Shown piece by piece: positions 1 to 8,866 of a DNA stretch of 64,000 nt. The translations under genes were made by a program, and so were the position numbers. The stretch's first letter is position 1. Each line of letters opens with the position of its first letter. The notes below the pieces were generated by a model that saw only the letters and a list, made by a program, of their open reading frames with translations, ran no database searches and was not told where the DNA came from. The stretch lies in NCBI RefSeq assembly GCF_026626745.1, contig NZ_JAPNJW010000002.1, forward strand, positions 1,254,151 to 1,318,150, read 5' to 3'. The stretch is from Nannocystis sp. RBIL2 (GTDB taxonomy: Bacteria > Myxococcota_A > Polyangia > Nannocystales > Nannocystaceae).

Positions 1-421
1 GCGCCTTCTTGCCTGGCGCCGCGCCCGACGCGACCCAGTGCGCCGCCATCATCAGGCCGCCGGTGCCGCCGTAGCAGGCGTGCTTGGTCTCGAAGTTGCG
101 GCAGTTGGCGGTGAGCCCGCAGTAGCGCTGCACGTAGGTCGAGATCGGCTTGCCGAAGTCGACCGACGACTCGGTGCCGACGATCACGAGCTCGATGTCC
201 TGGCGGTCCTCGGGCCGGACGATCTGCAGCGCGGCGTTGACCGCCATCGTCACCGGATCTTCCCACGTCGGGTTGAGCGAGCGCTCGCTGACCCACAGCT
301 CCTCGAGCGGGTGGCGCGGGTCGTGGTCGCGCGCCTCCGCGAGCAGCTTCATGTCGAGCGAGAGCGTGCACGGGTACGCCGTGATCCGCTCGATGCCCAC
401 GCGCGGCCGGTGGTGCGCCAT
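1..421 (-). CDS. HMG-CoA synthase family protein (N-terminal part only; gene continues beyond window start)
   Basis: Reverse-complement translation from ATG at 421-419 gives MAHHRPRVGIERITAYPCTLSLDMKLLAEARDHDP...IVGTESSVDFGKPISTYVQRY...ACYGGTGGL, matching the conserved N-terminal and GTESxxD and CYGGTxxL motifs of the hydroxymethylglutaryl-CoA synthase family; not in ORF track because it runs off the edge. Confidence 0.7.
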   Translation of the reverse strand, partial: MAHHRPRVGIERITAYPCTLSLDMKLLAEARDHDPRHPLEELWVSERSLNPTWEDPVTMAVNAALQIVRPEDRQDIELVIVGTESSVDFGKPISTYVQRYCGLTANCRNFETKHACYGGTGGLMMAAHWVASGAAPGKKA

Positions 422-438
422 CGCCGTCCTCTCCCCTC

Positions 439-1182
439 TCAGTACGTCCAGTCGAGGCCGCCGGTGACCGGCACGACCTGACCGTTGATGAAGCTGCCGC
501 CCGTGGCCAGGAACAGGACCGTCGCCGCCAGCTCGGCCAGCGTGCCCATGCGCCCCTTCGGCATCGGGCAGTACTGCTGCCAGTAGTCCTTGGCCGCCTG
601 CGGCATGGTCTCGCGCGTCATGTCGGTGTCGAAGAAGCCCGGCACGACGACGTTGGCGGTGATGCCCTTGCGCCCGTACTCCTTGGCGAGCGCCTGGGTG
701 AAGCCGTGCAGGCCGGCCTTGCTGGCGGCGTAGTTGGCCTGGCCGGCCGCGCCGTTGTGCTGGATCGACGAGATGTTGACGATCCGCCCGAACCGCGCCG
801 CCAGCATCGCCGGCAGGAACGCGCGCACGACGTAGAACGGCCCGTGCAGGTTGGTGGCGAGCACGTCGTGCCACTCCTCGTCGGACATCGAGACCACGAG
901 GTTGGCGCGGTTGATGCCGGCGCAGTTGACGATCACCTCGACGCTGTCGAAGTCCTCGAGCACCGCGTCCGCGACCTCGCCGACGCGGTCGGAGCGGCTC
1001 ACGTCGAGCGCGTAGCCCTTGACCTTCGCGCCCGGGCGGATCGCCGCCGCCTCGGCCTCGATCTTGCGCGCCGCGTCGTCGTTGCTGCGGTACGCGAACG
1101 CGACGTCGTGGCCGGCGCGCACCGCCTCGAGCACGATGCCGGCGCCGATGCCCCGCGAGCCTCCGGTGACGAAGAAGTTCAT
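439..1182 (-). CDS. fabG: 3-oxoacyl-ACP reductase (short-chain dehydrogenase, FabG-like)
   Basis: ORF 439..1305 trimmed to internal ATG (MNFFVTGGSRGIGAGI Rossmann motif TGGSRGIG, NCAGI, YAASKAG active-site YxxxK); 8 nt after upstream KS gene. Confidence 0.8.
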   Translation of the reverse strand: MNFFVTGGSRGIGAGIVLEAVRAGHDVAFAYRSNDDAARKIEAEAAAIRPGAKVKGYALDVSRSDRVGEVADAVLEDFDSVEVIVNCAGINRANLVVSMSDEEWHDVLATNLHGPFYVVRAFLPAMLAARFGRIVNISSIQHNGAAGQANYAASKAGLHGFTQALAKEYGRKGITANVVVPGFFDTDMTRETMPQAAKDYWQQYCPMPKGRMGTLAELAATVLFLATGGSFINGQVVPVTGGLDWTY

Positions 1183-1190
1183 GGCGCGGC

Positions 1191-2501
1191 TCACAGGGTG
1201 TTCGGGTCCCACCGGCGGTACAGCGCGCAGCAATTGAGGCCGCCGAAGCCGAACGAGTTCTTGACCATCAGGTTGATGCGGTGCTCGACCGCCTTGTTGG
1301 CGCACACGTCGACGTCGACCTCGGGGTCGAGCTTGTCGATGTTGATCGACGGGTGCAGCACGCCGCCGCGCATCTGCAGCAGCGCAGCCACGGTCTCGAC
1401 CGCCGGCGCCGACCAGCAGGTGTGGCCGAGCATCGACTTCGGCGCGTTGATCTTGAGCCGCTTGGCGTGGTCACCGAAGACCTTGCGGATCGCGTTGAGC
1501 TCGGACAGGTCGCCGAGCGGCGTGCTGGTCGCGTGGGCGCAGACGAAATCGATCTCGTCGGGCCGCACCTGGGCGCGCCGCAGCAGCCGCTCGAGCGTGC
1601 GCGCCTGGCCCTCGGTCGACGGCGACGGCAGGTGGCAGCCGTCCGACGTCGAGGTGCAGCCGAGCACCTCGGCGTAGATCGTGGCGCCGCGCTTCAGCGC
1701 GTGGCCGAGCTCTTCGAGCACCAGCGCGCCGGCGCCGTGCGACGGCACGAAGCCCTCGCGCCGCGAGTCGTAGGGCCGGCTGGCCAGCTCGGGCGTGTCG
1801 TTGAAGCTCTCGAAGGTGATGGCGCCGAGCAGCGCCATCGCGTGCACGCCCATCTGCGAGAAGTCGAGCACCGCGCCGACCACCATCGCCATGTCGTGGT
1901 CGTGGTGGCGGATCTCGTCGATCGCGTTGCGCAGGGCCACGTTCGCGCTGGCGCACGCGCCCCCGAGCGTGTAGCAGGCGCCCTTCCAGCCGAGCATCTC
2001 GCTCACCGAGCCGGCGTGGTCGGTGTCGAGCATGTGCAGCGCCGCCATCGAGTCGATGTAGTCAGGGTCTTCCGTCTGGAAGGTGACGTAGTTGTCGGCG
2101 AAGTAGCGCTCGTTGAGGTTGTGGCCGCCGACCAGCACCGCGCAGCGGGTCGGGTCCGCGACCTCGACCATGCCGGCGTCGCGCCAGGCATCGGCCGCGC
2201 ACAGCACCGACAGCGACGTCGAGAACGGCGCCTTGTTGCACAGCTGGCGGGCCCGCTTGTGCACCTCGGCCGGCAGCACGTCGCGCAGACGCGCCAGCTT
2301 GGCCTTGACGTCGTACTCCGACAGATCGCCGCCGATCTTCGAGTACACGCCGTCGTTGTTGTGCCACTTCCAGCGCGAGATCGCCGACTTGCCGGCGACG
2401 AGGTTGGCGTAGAAGGTGTCGAGATCGTCGCCCAGCGGCGTGTTGATGCCGAGGCCGGTGACGACGACGCGGCGGGGCGATTGTGCCTGCGATGAGACCA
2501 T
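1191..2501 (-). CDS. beta-ketoacyl-ACP synthase (KAS I/II family, Cys-His-His triad present)
   Basis: 436-aa ORF; VVVTGLGINTPLG N-terminus, active-site GGACASAN cysteine, HATST and GHTCW histidine motifs typical of elongating FabB/FabF-type condensing enzymes. Confidence 0.85.
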   Translation of the reverse strand: MVSSQAQSPRRVVVTGLGINTPLGDDLDTFYANLVAGKSAISRWKWHNNDGVYSKIGGDLSEYDVKAKLARLRDVLPAEVHKRARQLCNKAPFSTSLSVLCAADAWRDAGMVEVADPTRCAVLVGGHNLNERYFADNYVTFQTEDPDYIDSMAALHMLDTDHAGSVSEMLGWKGACYTLGGACASANVALRNAIDEIRHHDHDMAMVVGAVLDFSQMGVHAMALLGAITFESFNDTPELASRPYDSRREGFVPSHGAGALVLEELGHALKRGATIYAEVLGCTSTSDGCHLPSPSTEGQARTLERLLRRAQVRPDEIDFVCAHATSTPLGDLSELNAIRKVFGDHAKRLKINAPKSMLGHTCWSAPAVETVAALLQMRGGVLHPSINIDKLDPEVDVDVCANKAVEHRINLMVKNSFGFGGLNCCALYRRWDPNTL

Positions 2502-2521
2502 GCGTGCTCTTCTGGGGGGAG

Positions 2522-3016
2522 TCAGTCCATCAAGTAGACCTCGAACACCGCGAGGGCCTGGACCTCCTCGCCGCGGAGGGCCTGGCCGACGCAGGTCGAG
2601 ACGTAGTCGCTGTGCTCGAGCGAGCGGGCGAGCAGCGTCAGCCGGTCACCCGGGCGGACGCCGCCCTGGAACAGGGCGTGGTGGACCTTGAGCAGCCGCA
2701 GGCGCGCGGGCGCGTCCGCGGCGTCGATGCTGGCTGTCCCTTTGGCCATGAGGTGCAAGAGACAGATCCCGAGCTGCCCGATCGCCTCGACCAGCAGCAC
2801 GCCCGGGTACACCGGGTCGCCGGGGAAGTGGCCGGCGAACACCGCGTCGCCGGCGTCGATGGTCCGCACGCCGCGGATCATGCCCGGGTCCTCGGGCGTG
2901 CGCGGCAGCTCGACCGCGTCGATCCCGTCGACGAACAGGAACGGATCGCGGTGCGGCAGCATGCGCTCGATCGCGGCGCGGCCGAACTCGACCCGCGTGC
3001 TGCCCTCTCCGGGCAC
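2522..3016 (-). CDS. FabA/FabZ-like hot-dog fold 3-hydroxyacyl-ACP dehydratase
   Basis: MLPHRDPFLFVD ... FAGHFPGDPVYPGVLLVEA motifs; start uncertain (ATG at 2962 gives core domain; GTG at 3016 or 3010 gives N-terminal extension comparable to E. coli FabZ); R-rich 5' part of ORF 2522..3205 judged noncoding. Confidence 0.65.
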   Translation of the reverse strand: MPGEGSTRVEFGRAAIERMLPHRDPFLFVDGIDAVELPRTPEDPGMIRGVRTIDAGDAVFAGHFPGDPVYPGVLLVEAIGQLGICLLHLMAKGTASIDAADAPARLRLLKVHHALFQGGVRPGDRLTLLARSLEHSDYVSTCVGQALRGEEVQALAVFEVYLMD

Positions 3017-3063
3017 GAACACGGGCCGCCGGCGGTGCTGCTTGATCAGCGCGTCGAGGCCGC

Positions 3064-4074
3064 TCAGCTCGTCCACGACGCCTCCTGAGCCACGTCCTTG
3101 CGCGGGGTCGGCGGCAGGTGCTGGCGCAGCGCCGCGAGCACGCCGGCCAGATGCCCGGCGGCGTCGTCGCGGTTGTCGGTGGCGTACTTCGGCCGCGACG
3201 ACCACTTACGGTCGAGCAGGTTGTGCAGCACCTGGCGCGGGCCGACCTCGATGAACACCGCGCCCGGGTGGCGCTCGGCGACGCGGTCGATCGACCGCCG
3301 CCACAGCACCGGCGTGTGCACGTGCTCCTCGAGCAGGTCGACGAATTCGGCGGCGGTCGGCGTCGGCACGAACTCGCCGCGGCGGTTCGGCAGGTACGGC
3401 AGCCGCGGGGCCTTGAAGCGCGCGCGCTGCAGGTGCGGGCGCAGGGCCGCGCCGACCGGCTCGAACAGCGACGAGTGCATCGGCACCTGGCGCTCGATGA
3501 TCGTCGGCACCACGTAGTGCTCGTCCTCCAGCAGCGCGACCGCGGCCTCGACCGCGGCGGCGTCGCCCGACAGCACGTGCTGCTTCGGCGAGTTGAGGTT
3601 GACGATCTCGAGCACTCCGAGGCCCTGGCCGCGGATCTGCTCGACCACCTCCTCGAGCGTCTCGAGGTCGAGCGGCTGGACCGAGGCCATCATCCCACGC
3701 GGGCCGGCGTCGTAGGCCTCGCCGCGGGCCTGGACCAGGCGCAGCGCCTCCGGCAGCTCGAGCGCGCCGATGTGGACGAGGTGGTTGTACTCGCCGAGCG
3801 ACAGCCCCAGCGACAGCTCGGCGTCGACGCCCTCGGCCTGCAGGATGCTGAGCATCATGTGGTTGGCGACGAACACGCCGACCTGGACGTCGACGTTGCG
3901 ATCGAACGCCGTCGGGTTGTCCTCGCTGGTGTGCGCGTCGAGGTCGCGGCCGAGCACGTCGTTGCAGCGCGCCAGCACCTCGGCGGCCCGGCGGTGCAGC
4001 CGGGCCAGCTTGCCGAGCATCCCCGGGTAGCGCGAGCTCTGCCCTGGGAACATGAACACCAGCGTCGTCTTCAT
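3064..4074 (-). CDS. malonyl-CoA:ACP transacylase family acyltransferase (FabD-like)
   Basis: MKTTLVFMFPGQSSRYPGM (GQGSQ-like oxyanion motif) and GLSLGEY nucleophile elbow (His of canonical GHSLG replaced by Leu); 336 aa. Confidence 0.8.
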   Translation of the reverse strand: MKTTLVFMFPGQSSRYPGMLGKLARLHRRAAEVLARCNDVLGRDLDAHTSEDNPTAFDRNVDVQVGVFVANHMMLSILQAEGVDAELSLGLSLGEYNHLVHIGALELPEALRLVQARGEAYDAGPRGMMASVQPLDLETLEEVVEQIRGQGLGVLEIVNLNSPKQHVLSGDAAAVEAAVALLEDEHYVVPTIIERQVPMHSSLFEPVGAALRPHLQRARFKAPRLPYLPNRRGEFVPTPTAAEFVDLLEEHVHTPVLWRRSIDRVAERHPGAVFIEVGPRQVLHNLLDRKWSSRPKYATDNRDDAAGHLAGVLAALRQHLPPTPRKDVAQEASWTS

Positions 4075-4096
4075 CGTGCCCCCTACCCTGTCCCGC

Positions 4097-5353
4097 TCAC
4101 TCGGCCGCCCCGTCGACGCGGCCGCGGATGATCGTGTCCTCGAGGATCTCGAGCGCGCGGTCGAGGTCGGCGCGCGTGTGCGCGGCCGTGATCGCGACGC
4201 GGAAGCGCAGCCCGTCCTCGGGCACCGAGGGGTAGTCGACCGGCGCGAGGAACAACCCGCGACGGTGGAGCGTGCGCGTCAACTCATACAGCCGGCGGCG
4301 ATCCGATCCGACCATGATCGGCACCACCTGACTCGAGCCGTGCCCGAGGTCGAGGCCGATCTGCTGCGCCTTCTCGCGGAAGTAGCGGGTGTTGGCCCAC
4401 AGCGTCTCGCGCAGCGAGTTGTCGCGGGTCGCCACCTCGAGCGCCTTGCGGAGCCCGGCCACCACCGCCGGCGGCAGCGCGCAGCTGAAGCCGTAGGCGT
4501 TGATGTAGTAGCGCATGTACTGCAGCAGCGCGCGCGGCCCGACGGTGAAGCCGCCGCAGCCGGCGAACGCCTTGCTGAAGGTCGCGAACTGCAGGCCGAT
4601 CGACTTCTCGGCCCCGTAGTGCTCGACCACGCCGCGGCCGTTGGCGCCGTACACGAGGATCGAGTGGGCCTCGTCGATCAGCACGCCCACGCCGTGCTTC
4701 TCGGCCACCGGCAGCAGCTTCGGCAGATCGGCGGTGTCGCCGTCCATCGAGTACACGCCCTCGACCACCACCAGCCGGCGCTGGCCCTCGCTGTCGGTCA
4801 ACGCCTGGTCGAGCGAGTCGGGGTCGTTGTGGTCGAAGAACACCAGCTTGGCGCGCGACAGCTTGGCGCCGTCGATCGAGCACAGGTGGGTCTTGGCGTC
4901 GAGGATCGCCACGTCGCCCTTGCGCAACACGCCGGCGAGCGTGCCCATTCCCCCGGCGAAGCCGCTGTTGAAGAGGATGCAGTCCTCTTGGCCGAGAAAC
5001 GCCGCCAGTTCCCGCTCGAGTCCGCGGTGCAGATCCGACAACCCCGACAGCAGCGGCGATCCGCAGGCCCCGGTGCCGTAGGTGCGCAGGGCCTCCTGCG
5101 CCGCCTCGACGACCTCCGGGTGCGTCGCTAGCCCGAGGTAGTTGTACGAGCTGAGGTTGATGACGTCGCTGCGTTCGCCGGCGCGTTCGATCGCCATGCG
5201 CGGTGCGACGGCCCCCAACATGTGGGGCTCGTACATCGACATCGCCCAGGAGCCAGCCTCGGCCCACTGCACGAAGCCCTCGGGCGGACAGAGCGGATCG
5301 TCGCTGTCCGAGAAGTAGAAGTCGGCCAAACTGTGCTCGGCTTCGCGGCCCAT
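4097..5353 (-). CDS. alpha-oxoamine synthase family PLP enzyme (serine palmitoyltransferase / 8-amino-7-oxononanoate synthase-like)
   Basis: INLSSYNYLGLA substrate-binding motif, SGFAGGMG, FSKAFAGCGG PLP-lysine motif; ATG at 5353 preferred over 5371 because of GGGAG 7 nt upstream; first gene of the minus-strand operon. Confidence 0.8.
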   Translation of the reverse strand: MGREAEHSLADFYFSDSDDPLCPPEGFVQWAEAGSWAMSMYEPHMLGAVAPRMAIERAGERSDVINLSSYNYLGLATHPEVVEAAQEALRTYGTGACGSPLLSGLSDLHRGLERELAAFLGQEDCILFNSGFAGGMGTLAGVLRKGDVAILDAKTHLCSIDGAKLSRAKLVFFDHNDPDSLDQALTDSEGQRRLVVVEGVYSMDGDTADLPKLLPVAEKHGVGVLIDEAHSILVYGANGRGVVEHYGAEKSIGLQFATFSKAFAGCGGFTVGPRALLQYMRYYINAYGFSCALPPAVVAGLRKALEVATRDNSLRETLWANTRYFREKAQQIGLDLGHGSSQVVPIMVGSDRRRLYELTRTLHRRGLFLAPVDYPSVPEDGLRFRVAITAAHTRADLDRALEILEDTIIRGRVDGAAE

Positions 5354-5371
5354 CACGGAACTCCCCGGCAT

Positions 5372-5798
5372 GTCGGGGCCCGGGCGTAGTTACAGCGAAA
5401 GTATCGCGGCTGTCACGGAAATTTTGTTCCTCAGCGCATGCGGATCCACGTGCAGCGCGCGCTGTCGCCTCGTTGCACATGTTGCAGATTGCGACGCGCT
5501 GGCCTTATCGGCGAACTATTTAAACCGGTGCATAAAATGATGCGCCTCGATACGGCCGCATGCGGCTGCTTCGGCCGCTGGTAGTTAATCTCGAGTGCAA
5601 CAATCTCCACGCCCTGCAGCGAACTCGACGGCCGAGTCGCGCTCGCGCTCGCGTGTGGACTGCGAAATGCGTCGCACACTGGCTGTATGTCACGCATGCT
5701 GCGGACAGGAGACCGCGATCGAAGCGTCGTGTGGTGAAGCTCTCGAGTCCTGTCACCGCCTTGACGTCGACGCATCACGGTAGGTAATCCCCCGCTTC
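5372..5798. promoter_or_regulatory. divergent intergenic region between the lipid operon and the epimerase-family gene; locally AT-richer (ctatttaaaccggtgcataaaatgatg)
   Basis: 427-bp gap between divergently transcribed CDSs; only short shadow ORFs; drop in GC at 5510-5545. Confidence 0.4.
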
Positions 5799-6893
5799 GT
5801 GCGCACGAAGGTCCTCGTCACCGGCGCGAACGGGTTCATCGGCAGTCACCTCGTCGATCGTCTGCTCGCGGGCGGCGACGCGGTGCGAGCGATGGTCCGC
5901 GCCAGCGCCAACCTCGACAACCTCGCCGACGCGCTCGCGCGGCCCGACGCGCAGCCCGAGCTCGTGCGCGCGTCGCTGTCCGACGTCGACGCGATGGCGG
6001 CCGCGTTCGACGGCGTCGACACCGTCTATCACGTGGCCGGCCTGACCGCCGCGTTCACCCGCGACGAGTTCGCGCGGGCCAACGCGGCCGGCGTCGCCAA
6101 CGTGCTCGCGGCGATCCGCCAGGCCCCGCGACGGCCGCGGCGGCTGGTCTACGTGTCGTCGTTGATGGCCGCCGGACCGTCGCACCCCGAGGTCGCGCGG
6201 CGCGAGCACCACGCCCCGCGCGTCGGCTTCACGCTCTACGGCGACAGCAAGCTCGACGGCGAGCGGCTGGTCTTCGCCGCCGCGCGCGCCGGCGACGTCG
6301 AGGCAGTGATCGTGCGTCCGCCCGCGGTCTACGGCCCGCGCGACCTCGACATGTTGCAGATGATCCGCTCGGCCAAGTTCGGGGTGATCGCCCAGCCCGG
6401 CCTGCGCCCCACGTGGATGTCCTTCATCCACGCCTTCGACCTCGTCGAGGGCATCGCCCGCGCCGGCGCTCGTGGCCGCCCGATCCCCCGCGACGGCGAG
6501 CACGTGCTCGCCGATCAAGGCAGCCCGTTCGACCATGTCCCCGAGGACATCTCGCACCCCGCCGGCGCCGGCATCTACTACTTGACCGACGGCCAGCGCA
6601 GCACCGTCGTCGAGTTCGGCCGGGCCGCCGCCGCCGCGCTCGGCCGGCGGGCGCTCGCGCTGCCGATGCCGCAGGCCGCGGTGTGGACCGTCGCCGGCAT
6701 CAACCACGCGATCGGCCGCCTGCGCGGCAAGGCCCCCGCGCTGACGCTCGACAAGGCCCGCGGCAGCATGGCGCCGGGCTGGTGGTGCGACGACAGCCGG
6801 GCCGTGCGCGAGCTCGAGTACGCCCCGCAGTGGCCGCTCGCGCGAGGGCTCGAGCACACCGTCGCGTGGGCCCGCTCCGTCGGTCGCCTGTGA
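5799..6893 (+). CDS. NAD-dependent epimerase/dehydratase family protein (extended SDR)
   Basis: VLVTGANGFIGSHLVDRLL glycine-rich NAD motif, YGDSK catalytic YxxxK; GTG start. Confidence 0.8.
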   Translation: MRTKVLVTGANGFIGSHLVDRLLAGGDAVRAMVRASANLDNLADALARPDAQPELVRASLSDVDAMAAAFDGVDTVYHVAGLTAAFTRDEFARANAAGVANVLAAIRQAPRRPRRLVYVSSLMAAGPSHPEVARREHHAPRVGFTLYGDSKLDGERLVFAAARAGDVEAVIVRPPAVYGPRDLDMLQMIRSAKFGVIAQPGLRPTWMSFIHAFDLVEGIARAGARGRPIPRDGEHVLADQGSPFDHVPEDISHPAGAGIYYLTDGQRSTVVEFGRAAAAALGRRALALPMPQAAVWTVAGINHAIGRLRGKAPALTLDKARGSMAPGWWCDDSRAVRELEYAPQWPLARGLEHTVAWARSVGRL

Positions 6894-7197
6894 CCCCTCG
6901 CGTCGACCTCGACGCGTGATGCAGAGCCGGCGCCCGCGGAACCGAGCTGCGACCTCGACGACGAGGGTTGTTCCGAGGGACGACGCCCGGTGCGACGGCG
7001 CCACTCCGACGTCGATCGCTACCTCGACCCGGACATCAGCTCCTCGCGCTCCGGAGGTTGCGATCTCGCGGTGAATCCGCAGTCGCCATCGGGGCGTCGC
7101 TAGCGTGCCGTCCGCACGTCACGCGCGGGCGCGTCCGGCGGGTCTTCGCGCCCTCGGGTTCGACCGCGCGGCCGACGTGGAGTAAGACCAGCGCGTC

Positions 7198-8322
7198 ATG
7201 CTCCGCCCTTCGGTCGCCGACATCGCCTTCGACGCCGCCCTCTTCGACTCTCTCCGCAGCGCCCTCGCCCGCGGCGAGCTCAGCCCCACGCGCGCCCGTC
7301 TGACCGCCCCGCCGCGGCCGCTCGGCGACGATGTCCTGCTCGACCTCGGCCGCGCCGACGCCCGGCCCGGCTGGCGCGCGCGCGGTCAGGACGCCCTCGC
7401 CGCGCGCAAGGTCGCCGCCCTGATCTTGAACGGAGGCATGGCCACGCGCTTCGGCGGCGTCGTCAAGGGCGTCGTCCCCGTCTTGCCCGATCGACCTGAC
7501 CTCTCGTTCCTGGCCGTCAAGCTCGCCGGCGTCCGTGCGGCCGGCGTCCCGGCCGTCGTCATGCACAGCTTCGCCACCCGGGCTGCCTCCGGCGATCACC
7601 TCGCCACCATCGGTTGGTCAGGCGTCCCTGCCGACGACCGCCACGAGTTCTTGCAGTCCTTGATGCCGCGCGTCTTGCCCGACGGCACCCCGCTCGTCAG
7701 TTTGCCCGGCGCCGACGTCTTGCCCGACACCACCGTCTACGCCGCCCCCGGCCACGGCGACACCCTCCGGCGCGTGCGCGACAGCGGCGTCGTCGCCGAG
7801 CTGCGCCGCCGCGGTGTCGAGCACCTCCTCGTCTCCAACGTCGACAACCTCGGCGCCTCCCTCGATCCCACCGTCCTCGGCGCCCACCTCGACGCAGTCG
7901 ACGGCGGCGCCGAGCTCAGCGTCGAGGTCGTCGCGCGGGCCCCCGACGACGCCGGCGGCTGCGTCGCCGAGGTCGAAGGCCGCGCCACCATCATCGAGTC
8001 CTTCCGTCTGCCCCCCGGCGTCTCCCTGGCCCAGTATCCGCACTTCAACACCAACACCCTGTGGATCTCCCTGGCCGCCCTCGAGCGCCCCTACCCGCTC
8101 ACCTGGTTCCCCGTCGAGCGCTCCGTCGAGTGGCCCGGCCGCGACGACCAGCCCGTCATCCAGTTCGAACAGCTCATCGGCCAGATCACCGAGTTCGCCA
8201 GGACCGCCTGCCTGCGGGTCGACCGCGCCCGCTTCCTCCCGATCAAGACCCGCGACGACCTCGCCGCCGCCCGCCCCGCGATGACCGAGATCGTCCGCAG
8301 CGTCGGCCTCGATCCCGGCTGA
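7198..8322 (+). CDS. UDP-sugar pyrophosphorylase (UTP-glucose-1-phosphate uridylyltransferase, UDPGP family)
   Basis: LNGGMATRFGG...KG nucleotide-binding signature of eukaryotic-type UDP-glucose/UDP-GlcNAc pyrophosphorylases; 374 aa. Confidence 0.7.
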   Translation: MLRPSVADIAFDAALFDSLRSALARGELSPTRARLTAPPRPLGDDVLLDLGRADARPGWRARGQDALAARKVAALILNGGMATRFGGVVKGVVPVLPDRPDLSFLAVKLAGVRAAGVPAVVMHSFATRAASGDHLATIGWSGVPADDRHEFLQSLMPRVLPDGTPLVSLPGADVLPDTTVYAAPGHGDTLRRVRDSGVVAELRRRGVEHLLVSNVDNLGASLDPTVLGAHLDAVDGGAELSVEVVARAPDDAGGCVAEVEGRATIIESFRLPPGVSLAQYPHFNTNTLWISLAALERPYPLTWFPVERSVEWPGRDDQPVIQFEQLIGQITEFARTACLRVDRARFLPIKTRDDLAAARPAMTEIVRSVGLDPG

Positions 8323-8348
8323 CACCGGCGCCCCCGCCGAGCAGATCG

Positions 8349-8430
8349 GCATGTCTGCACGGACATGCCCGAAGAGACATGCTCTTCTCACCATGTTCTT
8401 CGCAACATGCCGCGAAGGACATGTCCGCTC
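8349..8430. repeat. tandem array (about 6 units, 13-15 bp period) of GRCATGYCC palindromic elements directly after the UGPase stop
   Basis: catgtctgcac ggacatgcccgaag agacatgctcttc tcaccatgttcttc gcaacatgccgcgaag gacatgtccgctc; read directly. Confidence 0.8.
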
Positions 8431-8866
8431 GCGTCCGCCGCCGCCCCGGAGACGTCCGCCGCGCCGCCCATCGCCGCGCACCGACGAGCGCCGGATAAGT
8501 CTCCAGGAGGTCCGAGCGATGGGCGGCCGGCCCCGGCCGTCCATCGCTCGGAGAGCCCTCCCCGCCCCACGCCCTTCCCGACACCGGAGCCCACGACCGG
8601 CGCTCGGGCCACCCACGAGGCTGGCCGTGCAGCGGTCGGGGACGCGGGTCGGCGCCCATCCGCAGCGAGATGCGCCCGACGAAGGAAGGTGCATCCGCGA
8701 GGACTGGGCGCCGGCCCGCGTCCCCGACCGCCCGCGAGGCGGCCTCGGCAGTTCGCGAACCAGACCCCGAAGCAACCGCAACGAACCCCCGAAGCAAGGC
8801 CGCCCGCCCGAGGTCGAGCGTCCCCAGGCTCCCCGCGAGCGCCGACGCTGCTATAAAGCGCGCCAC

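Noticed and set aside
706-5480. Many long ORFs on the strand opposite to or out of frame with the lipid genes (e.g. 706..1677+, 1281..2495+, 3118..4131+, 4052..5131+, 4284..5480-)
   Set aside because: Arg/Ala/Gly/Pro-dominated, homopolymeric-looking translations with no motifs; typical shadow ORFs of very GC-rich DNA lacking stop codons. The overlapping genes have clear enzyme motifs.
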